DNA of 64,000 nt from a virus, in the IMG/VR virus record IMGVR_UViG_3300037010_000365, positions 17,962 through 81,961 of that record; one strand, given 5' to 3'. This document shows, one piece after another, positions 57,477 through 64,000 of this stretch. Made by a program: the position numbers and the translations under genes. The stretch's first letter is position 1; every line of letters begins with the position of its first letter. Under the pieces are notes generated by a model, which saw only the letters and a list, made by a program, of their open reading frames with translations, searched no databases and was not told the origin of the DNA.

Positions 57477-58043
57477 ATGACAAAAACAATTTTAACTATG
57501 GCTTTGACTGCTCTTTTATCAACTTCTGTATTGGCATCTGGCGGTGTTGAAGTTCAAGCTGGTTACGAACAAGGTAAGTTGGCAGCTGGTAGTTCAGCAG
57601 CTGTTGTGATTCGTCCATTCGTTGATGTTTGGTCTGGCTATACAGTAGCTTTACGTTCAGTGTCGCAGCGTTATGTGTCAAATGGCGCTATTGTATCATT
57701 TATTGAACCTCAAGTGTCTAAAACGGTAGTAGATGGTAATGCATTGTATGGTGTAACTGGCGGCTTGGGTGTGGTATCCGGTTCTACTGGGTCGTACGGA
57801 TATTACACTGTAGAGCCTAAAGTTGGTTACGTTATTAATGGTAAATTAACAGTCGGTGCTTCAGTTCGCTACCGTGATTTGATTGATGGTTCAGCTGCTC
57901 CATTCAAGATGCAGTCGTTGACATATAACGTTGGGGCTTATTATGAAGTAGCTAAAGGTACTACCGTTGGTTTAGTTGGATATGAAAAGAATCTTGACGA
58001 AAAAGCAACAGGTGCTTTACTATCTGTAACTCAAGCATTCTAA
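57477..58043 (+). CDS. Outer-membrane beta-barrel protein
   Basis: Signal peptide (VLA|S), alternating amphipathic strands rich in G/Y/V, terminal Phe. Confidence 0.75.
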   Translation: MTKTILTMALTALLSTSVLASGGVEVQAGYEQGKLAAGSSAAVVIRPFVDVWSGYTVALRSVSQRYVSNGAIVSFIEPQVSKTVVDGNALYGVTGGLGVVSGSTGSYGYYTVEPKVGYVINGKLTVGASVRYRDLIDGSAAPFKMQSLTYNVGAYYEVAKGTTVGLVGYEKNLDEKATGALLSVTQAF

Positions 58044-58050
58044 ATCTACA

Positions 58051-58076
58051 GGTGAAGCGACAATTGTCGCTTCACC
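58051..58076 (+). terminator. Perfect hairpin after the OMP gene (terminator or mRNA stabiliser)
   Basis: GGTGAAGCGAC-AATT-GTCGCTTCACC, no U-tract. Confidence 0.55.
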
Positions 58077-58094
58077 ATACAAAAGGAATAGTTA

Positions 58095-58460
58095 ATGTCC
58101 TTTCTTGATAAATTACTCAATAAAACACAACCAACGAAATCAATTAAAACTCAATCTGATTTAATAGAATCTAAACTAAAATCAAACGAAATTCCTGATA
58201 TTCTTAAAGATATTAATAAGTTATCAATTGAAATAGTTGATGATATTATTGATGAATTTAACATGAGCATACAGCTTAGACCTTCAACTAATTCATATAT
58301 GGCCGATGTTAGACGTATTTTATCTTGTTACGCATTTAATTCAGATATTAAACTAGTAACAAATGTAACACCGAAGTATATGGCTAAAGTAGAGTCGTTG
58401 TTAATATCTAGAGGGTTCGTGGTTGAGTCATCAGGTTACAATTTAATTATTAAAATTTAA
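58095..58460 (+). CDS. Hypothetical protein
   Basis: AGGA RBS. Confidence 0.6.
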   Translation: MSFLDKLLNKTQPTKSIKTQSDLIESKLKSNEIPDILKDINKLSIEIVDDIIDEFNMSIQLRPSTNSYMADVRRILSCYAFNSDIKLVTNVTPKYMAKVESLLISRGFVVESSGYNLIIKI

Positions 58461-58468
58461 GGAGATAT

Positions 58469-59605
58469 ATGGAACAACAATGCTCTAAAACATTCTCATT
58501 GTGCAATTTACATTCAGCTCAACTTGAAAATACTTGCTTTTTGTCGTTGAACTGTACACCAGCAGTTCAACGTTTTGATGTAGTTAAGCATCAATCAATT
58601 TTAAAGCTTAATAACCAAATGTTAAGTGTGTTTTGGCGTCCAGAAGAGATTGATCTAAGTCGTGATCGTAATGATTTTAACGCTTTATCAGATGCACAAC
58701 AGCAGATCTTTACTCAAACATTGCTGCGTGCTGTAATGTTGGATAGTATTCAAGGTAGAGCTCCATTTGAAGTGCTTGGACCCATTTGCGGGTTGTCAGA
58801 GGTAGAATCTGGTTTAATTATTCAGACCGCGTTTGAGAACATCCATTCTCAGAGTTATTCGCATATTATCCGAAACATTTATGCCCATCCTGATAAGATT
58901 TTCGATCAGTTGAAAGATAACCCTGATATTATCAAATGCGCCTCTGATATTTCAAAATACTATGATGACGTATTACGGTTTAATACTCTTAAAGATTGTA
59001 CCGAATACGGAATTCCTACTACTGAAGTTTATGATTTGTACGAGCATAAAAAAACCGTGTGGAAATTATTGATTAGTATCAACGGGCTAGAAGCATTACG
59101 TTTCCATTCTGCATTTGCTGTATTCTTTGCTTTTGCCGAAGTTGGTTCAATGATTGGTAACTCTAAAATCTTATCAATGATTGCCAGGGATGAACAGTTA
59201 CACGTAGCATTTACTAGTCAGTTACTAAACATTATGCCTAAAGAAGATCCTGACTATTCTAAGATTCAGAAAGAATGTTATCAAGACACGGTAAGCATTT
59301 ATAATTCGATTGCAGACCAGGAAATCGAATGGGTTGATTATCTGTTTAGTAATGGTGTAATGCTTGGGCTTAATAGAGATATTTTAGTTGATTATATTCA
59401 TAGTGTGGCAAGAACTCGTATGATTAAGTTTGGTGTTGCTGCTAGCGATATTAAGTATCCAGTTGTTAAAAACCCAATCCCATGGATGTCTAACTATCTG
59501 GAAACTAGCAGCGTGCAGACTGCTCCACAAGAATCAGAGCTTATCAATTACACACAAGGCACTATTGATAATAGTAACTTAAATGAATTTACTTTTGAGT
59601 TCTAA
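58469..59605 (+). CDS. nrdB: Ribonucleotide reductase beta subunit
   Basis: FWRPEEIDL, LDSIQGR, ENIHSQSY, LEALRF, RDEQLH, APQE.E...Y. Confidence 0.95.
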   Translation: MEQQCSKTFSLCNLHSAQLENTCFLSLNCTPAVQRFDVVKHQSILKLNNQMLSVFWRPEEIDLSRDRNDFNALSDAQQQIFTQTLLRAVMLDSIQGRAPFEVLGPICGLSEVESGLIIQTAFENIHSQSYSHIIRNIYAHPDKIFDQLKDNPDIIKCASDISKYYDDVLRFNTLKDCTEYGIPTTEVYDLYEHKKTVWKLLISINGLEALRFHSAFAVFFAFAEVGSMIGNSKILSMIARDEQLHVAFTSQLLNIMPKEDPDYSKIQKECYQDTVSIYNSIADQEIEWVDYLFSNGVMLGLNRDILVDYIHSVARTRMIKFGVAASDIKYPVVKNPIPWMSNYLETSSVQTAPQESELINYTQGTIDNSNLNEFTFEF

Positions 59606-59688
59606 TCAGTTTACTTTTTACTGAAGATGGTGTATAATGTCCTTAAGTAGTTAAAACTACATTATTAAACGAAATAGGAAATACTCAA

Positions 59689-60018
59689 ATGAAAGCATTC
59701 TTCACAACTGCATTAGTTATGACTTTATCGACCCAATCATTTGCTAACAGCGTGCCAGTTAACGAGATTATTGATACTATGTCTAAAAGTGATCTGACAG
59801 TTGTTCAACAAATGGTTCGAACAAACAAACAAATCACAAGCAAAACATGGGATAGCGGTAAGAAGCATATTACAGTGTATCAAGAGCTAACTCCAGCCGA
59901 AGCTAAGTGTCGACCGGTTCAATTAGTTAGCGGTAATATGATCTCGGACTTTTTCTCTTGTGAAGTTGAGCCAAATAAGTATTTTTTATTCGATGATATT
60001 CCGGTTGATATTGATTAA
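59689..60018 (+). CDS. Exported early protein with a Cys pair
   Basis: Signal peptide (SFA|), CR...C; own early promoter at 59609. Confidence 0.6.
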   Translation: MKAFFTTALVMTLSTQSFANSVPVNEIIDTMSKSDLTVVQQMVRTNKQITSKTWDSGKKHITVYQELTPAEAKCRPVQLVSGNMISDFFSCEVEPNKYFLFDDIPVDID

Positions 60019-60033
60019 TTAAAGAGGTAGATT

Positions 60034-60198
60034 ATGGGATTCAAATATGTTTATTATGATTCATCAGTGAATTATATTCGTGTTAGAGTTCCAGGTAAGA
60101 AGACTATTAATTTTAGTCTATCAAACGAATCTAAAGGAACAGTATTATTAAAAGCACTAAATGCTAGAGATAGCATTATTAATAGGAGAAATAAGTGA
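60034..60198 (+). CDS. Small basic protein, weak AP2-like resemblance (not in ORF track)
   Basis: GAGG RBS; 54 aa; GTGA overlap with nrdC. Confidence 0.45.
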   Translation: MGFKYVYYDSSVNYIRVRVPGKKTINFSLSNESKGTVLLKALNARDSIINRRNK

Positions 60199-60416
60199 GA
60201 TATAAAATCTTTACAAAAACCAATTGTCCAGGTTGTGACGTGTTAAAAGCTCGACTGAATCAAGCTGGATTGCTTGAAAGCGTCTCGATCGAAATGATCG
60301 GACCTGATAATATTGATGTTATTAAGTCTTTAGGAGCTCGTAGAGCGCCTGTTATCATCGATTCTAAAACAAGTTCTATTATTACAGAACAAGAGCTTGT
60401 AAATTCTTTATTATAA
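60195..60416 (+). CDS. nrdC: Glutaredoxin/thioredoxin (NrdC-like)
   Basis: IFTK.NCPGC, R.APVI. Confidence 0.85.
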   Translation: MRYKIFTKTNCPGCDVLKARLNQAGLLESVSIEMIGPDNIDVIKSLGARRAPVIIDSKTSSIITEQELVNSLL

Positions 60417-60552
60417 ATTTGAGTTACATCATGAATAACAACAACACTCATTGGACTGAGTACCCTAATTGGGTATATGTTTCTGCGTTAACACTGTTAG
60501 CTACACTTACATTTGTATCATATATTTTAAAATCACACTAAAGGTAACACTA

Positions 60553-60852
60553 ATGTTTTCAGCAAAAGAATTAGCAGAGCAAGTTATTAATCATTTAATG
60601 CAAGAAGTTAAAAACAAACAATCGAACAAATCGTATGAACAATTCAAAGGCTTGGAAGATGCATACGATGAACAAGAGCCAGTGTCTGAAGATGAATCAA
60701 CACTAACTGAGTTCTTAAATGATTGTGATGATCTTCTTAACATGGCCCAGAATTTAATTCGTTATCAAACAAACGAGATTAATGAATTAAGCAACTATAT
60801 TCAATTTCTCGAATCTAAAATCGAAGCAATCGTATCAATTATCAACAACTAA
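60553..60852 (+). CDS. Hypothetical acidic coiled-coil protein
   Basis: AAGGT RBS before ATG 60553. Confidence 0.55.
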   Translation: MFSAKELAEQVINHLMQEVKNKQSNKSYEQFKGLEDAYDEQEPVSEDESTLTEFLNDCDDLLNMAQNLIRYQTNEINELSNYIQFLESKIEAIVSIINN

Positions 60853-60864
60853 TAGGAAACTAAA

Positions 60865-61167
60865 ATGGAACAAAACTTATCATCTCAATACCCAGCCACA
60901 ATCACACCGGATATGGCGAAAATCTTTGCTAATAGCTTTTCAGAGTTCAGCAATTCAAAAATTCGTGAGCAAGCTGAAAAAGACTTACAGAATGATATTT
61001 GCGAAAAAGCTGCTACACAATGCGGTCTTAAACCAGCAAAGGTTAAATCGCTAGCTAATGATTACCATCGTGGTAACTTAGAACAGAAAGAAGCTGAAAA
61101 AGATGATTACTTCGCTTTTGCTGCAATGGTAATGGACGCAGTAGCTGCGGCTAAGAAAGGAGCTTAA
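60865..61167 (+). CDS. dsbA: T4 DsbA-like dsDNA-binding protein
   Basis: DI...A....G......L...YH..N.....EAE pattern as in T4 DsbA. Confidence 0.7.
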   Translation: MEQNLSSQYPATITPDMAKIFANSFSEFSNSKIREQAEKDLQNDICEKAATQCGLKPAKVKSLANDYHRGNLEQKEAEKDDYFAFAAMVMDAVAAAKKGA

Positions 61168-61169
61168 CT

Positions 61170-61796
61170 ATGAATATTAAACTACTTAAAGCGTTTAGTG
61201 TTATTAACAACGGTATTGTTATCACTGAAGGCGCTCCTCTTGTAACTATTAGTGCAGCGCTTAATATCTTAGCGGTGTCTAACGAAGTATCTGATGTATC
61301 GTTCGCAATTTATGATTTAAACAATTTTCTTAGCGTGTTGTCGTTAACTTCAGATGAACGAACAATGTCAGTAGACGGTTCAGCCATGACAATCAAAGAT
61401 GGTAAAACTGTAATGAGCTATATGGGCGGTAATCCTAAAACTATTATTACCCCGCCATCTAACATCTCGCCATTGACTGACGCCGATTACACTAATGAGT
61501 TTACACTATCAGTAACTGAGTTTAAAAAGCTCATGGATGCTTGTTCAGTGTTACAAGCTAAAAAACTTCAGTTTAATTTTGATGGAACTAATGTTACAAT
61601 TAAAACTGAAGCTGATTATGCCGATGCAAATTCGTTTGCGTGTGACTATGACACTGAAGAAGGTGTATCACGCGCAGTAAAACTCGACGTAACTACAATC
61701 AAAATTCCAGTAGCAGAGTATAAAGTATCGTTAGGCCCTAAAGCTATGCGATTCGTCTCAGACGAATGTACGTTCTACATTGTGTTAGCTATCTAA
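61170..61796 (+). CDS. gp45: Sliding clamp
   Basis: LLK.FS.IN.GI, FAIYDLNNFLSVLSL, F.L...E.K.L..A..VL. Confidence 0.93.
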   Translation: MNIKLLKAFSVINNGIVITEGAPLVTISAALNILAVSNEVSDVSFAIYDLNNFLSVLSLTSDERTMSVDGSAMTIKDGKTVMSYMGGNPKTIITPPSNISPLTDADYTNEFTLSVTEFKKLMDACSVLQAKKLQFNFDGTNVTIKTEADYADANSFACDYDTEEGVSRAVKLDVTTIKIPVAEYKVSLGPKAMRFVSDECTFYIVLAI

Positions 61797-61823
61797 AACG
61801 CTATCAGCAACACCTGATTTGTC

Positions 61824-61895
61824 CTCGGTTACACTATCTAATATTAGTTAATAGATTATATATCTATGCTAGTATTAGTGTAACCGAGTGATTTT
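61824..61895 (+). repeat. Hairpin element related to the dispersed family (copy 4, divergent)
   Basis: CTCGGTTACACTA...TAGTGTAACCGAG arms, then TGATTTT as in copy 2. Confidence 0.55.
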
Positions 61896-61919
61896 GATTT
61901 AATCTAAAGGAATAGGAAA

Positions 61920-62342
61920 ATGTTTAACGTTAAAATTCTCAAACCACCACGAAAAATAGAAGAAGCCTTATCACGAATGGGTGTTTCATCAGATAACGCT
62001 AATGTTTTGTTTACTAGCGTTGTGTTAATTCATAATAAACAAACTAATGTTTCATATATTGCTCATTTCAAAGAAGCATTGGCATTAATTCATCAAACAC
62101 CGAATTTTGTCATGGATAAAGAATCAGAAGCTATTCTTAATAATGTCGTAATCATGTTATCTAATTGGGGATTAATTTCAATAGAAAATCACCAACTAGC
62201 ATTTAACAATGAATATAAAGTCAAAGTTATCAAAAAGCTTGACTTAGAAGGTGATAATCCATGGGTAGTTCAACATAAGTTTAAGATGACATTACCTAAA
62301 TTACAAAGATTAATCGAATTAATAGGAAATAAAAATGACTGA
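61920..62342 (+). CDS. regA: Translational repressor RegA
   Basis: E.LSRMGV, YIAHFKE, L.NWGLI. Confidence 0.88.
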   Translation: MFNVKILKPPRKIEEALSRMGVSSDNANVLFTSVVLIHNKQTNVSYIAHFKEALALIHQTPNFVMDKESEAILNNVVIMLSNWGLISIENHQLAFNNEYKVKVIKKLDLEGDNPWVVQHKFKMTLPKLQRLIELIGNKND

Positions 62343-63273
62343 TATTTCACAAGATCAAACAAATCCAATTTGGGCGTTGCGATATCGACCTAACAAAGTA
62401 TCTGAGCTGATTTTACCTAAGCGTATTAAAGATCAAATTGAGGACGCTGTTAAAGGAGAATCAAGTCACTTATTGTTATCTGGCGATCCTGGGCTAGGTA
62501 AAACAACAGCAGCCAAAGCTATTGCTAACGATATGAACGCGTCTACTATGTTCATTAATGCTAGTTTAGAAACTGGTGTTGATGTTATTCGTGAAAAATT
62601 AACACAATTCTGCTCTACTGTTTCTGCGTTTAGCGTAAGCGATCGTAAGGTTGTTATTCTTGATGAGTTTGAAGCTGGTAGTTCTCTATTCTTTCAAGCG
62701 CTGCGTGGATTCTTAGAACAATTTAGCAAACAAGCATTGTTTATCTTTACAACCAATTATGCAAATCGAATCCCTGATCCTATCATGAGCCGTGTTAATC
62801 ACATCGTGTTCGATATTCATGCAGACGAACGTGCAGACATGATTAAACAAGCTTTTATTCGATCTACCTCTATTTTAGATTTAGAAGAAGTCGAATATGA
62901 TAGAACTTTAGTTGCTACAGTCGTTAAGAATAATTACCCTGATATGCGTGCGATTTTAACATCTTTACAACGCGGTTCAATTTCAGGTAAACTAGACTCA
63001 TCTTCTCTTATTAGTGAGAAGTCCAACTACGCTGAGTTAGTCGATATGGTAAAGGCTAAGAACTGGGCTGGTGCGCGCCAATGGGTTGCTAATACACCTG
63101 GTGTGTTTGGATATAGCGACTTTTATGAAGAGTTATCAAAACAAGTAGACAAGAAATCAGCATTGCCTGAAATTGTAGTTCTTACATCACAGTATGATTA
63201 CCGCAGCCAATTTGTTATGAATAAACAGATTACTACTGTAGCGTATCTCACAGAAGTTATGGGTGCACTGTAA
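62335..63273 (+). CDS. gp44: Clamp loader large subunit
   Basis: W..RYRP....LILP, GDPGLGKTT, INAS, ILDE, SR, YPDMR. Confidence 0.95.
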   Translation: MTDISQDQTNPIWALRYRPNKVSELILPKRIKDQIEDAVKGESSHLLLSGDPGLGKTTAAKAIANDMNASTMFINASLETGVDVIREKLTQFCSTVSAFSVSDRKVVILDEFEAGSSLFFQALRGFLEQFSKQALFIFTTNYANRIPDPIMSRVNHIVFDIHADERADMIKQAFIRSTSILDLEEVEYDRTLVATVVKNNYPDMRAILTSLQRGSISGKLDSSSLISEKSNYAELVDMVKAKNWAGARQWVANTPGVFGYSDFYEELSKQVDKKSALPEIVVLTSQYDYRSQFVMNKQITTVAYLTEVMGAL

Positions 63274-63698
63274 TGTCAGACGCTTTATCCCCGTTTGAGG
63301 CAATTAATGCTCTTAGTTTCGAAAAGCGTAAATTATCTGATAGTCAAATTGAAACATTAGATCACTTTATGATTAGCATGGCTTTATCGATGGGTAAAGC
63401 CACTATTTACTATTCAGACTACATTAATTACACTAACATGTCAAAGCGAATGATTCATGACTTTTTGATTAACAGCTTGCCTAAGCAAAAGATCTTTAAT
63501 AAATGGATTAAAGGCTCTGTTCAAGATGATATTGTCGAATTACTGCAAACCGTTTATAAAATCGATAAAGAAGAGGCTGAAGGGTATGTCATGTTATTAG
63601 ACGAGACTGATATCCAATATCTTAAAGATGCCTTGTTTACTGGTGGTTCTGATATTAAACCTAAACGAAAAGGGAAACCAAAAAAGAATGCAGATTGA
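63273..63698 (+). CDS. gp62: Clamp loader small subunit
   Basis: PFE.INA, FMI..ALS, F.KW.K, TGG; follows gp44. Confidence 0.88.
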   Translation: MSDALSPFEAINALSFEKRKLSDSQIETLDHFMISMALSMGKATIYYSDYINYTNMSKRMIHDFLINSLPKQKIFNKWIKGSVQDDIVELLQTVYKIDKEEAEGYVMLLDETDIQYLKDALFTGGSDIKPKRKGKPKKNAD

Positions 63699-64000
63699 TA
63701 ATTACATTTCAGTTACACAAAGAGGTGACAAGCTATTAGTTAGAGGATTAGATTCAGACGGAAAACCAGTTAATTTCGTAGAATATGATTTTAAACCATA
63801 CTTATATATACAATCAAATAAAAATGTTAATGCTGTTGGCTTAATGGGTGAAAAACTCAAACGAGTTGATTTTGATTCTATCGAGTCATATGGAACTTGG
63901 CTAAAAGAACAAAAAGCGCTTGGCATCCCAGTTCATGGCGATTTAGGAACTCCTGAATTATACATTTCTGAATTACCAAAGAAACGAACAGTCACCAAAG
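63688..64000 (+). CDS. gp43: DNA polymerase, N-terminus (runs off the window)
   Basis: MQIDNYISVTQRGDKLLVRGLD.DGK....EYDFKPYLY resembles the family-B gp43 N-terminus. Confidence 0.85.
   Translation, partial: MQIDNYISVTQRGDKLLVRGLDSDGKPVNFVEYDFKPYLYIQSNKNVNAVGLMGEKLKRVDFDSIESYGTWLKEQKALGIPVHGDLGTPELYISELPKKRTVTK

Noticed and set aside
3932-63926. Numerous 60-165 aa ORFs overlapping core genes on the opposite strand or in other frames
   Set aside because: Shadow ORFs of well-supported genes, lacking RBS and motifs

Overview
This is a 64-kb AT-rich segment of a lytic T4-like (Tevenvirinae-type) myovirus of a Gram-negative host; almost all genes are on the + strand. 0.5-15.1 kb is the virion module: neck gp14/gp15, an inserted spanin pair, terminase gp16/gp17, portal and head genes gp20-gp23, a PD-(D/E)xK endonuclease, uvsY, gp3, then tail tube before sheath. 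gp17 is fractured by an atypical split intein and carries a second, cis mini-intein. 15.1-16.2 kb is a ~1-kb ORF-free region read into by stacked early and late promoters on the minus strand. 16.2-25.5 kb holds uvsW, gp55, gp47/46, uvsX, a ClpP-like protease and PIN-PhoH. 25.5-37.5 kb is a plastic tRNA/ncRNA region: 7 intact tRNAs, several tRNA relics, tilS beside a CAU tRNA, an ~800-nt GOLLD/ROOL-type RNA candidate, repeated promoter-hairpin cassettes, a frameshifted DUF2828 (TROVE/vWA-like) gene and putative capsid-targeted internal proteins. 37.9-43.8 kb is a cytosine-modification operon joining myo-inositol-1-phosphate synthase, a HAD phosphatase, an SGNH-like protein, an aGPT-Pplase-like DNA base-modifying protein, a P-loop kinase, dCMP hydroxymethylase (gp42) and dCTPase (gp56). 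This is the best candidate for an undescribed system: inositol hypermodification of cytosine. 45.7-52.9 kb is an RNA-repair cluster (Rnl2, Rnl1, PseT, CCA-type nucleotidyltransferase) plus dexA. 53.7-64 kb contains nrdA (fractured by a split intein around an HNH endonuclease), an outer-membrane beta-barrel protein, nrdB, nrdC, dsbA, gp45, regA, gp44, gp62 and the start of gp43. All family calls come from recognising motifs by eye; no searches were run.
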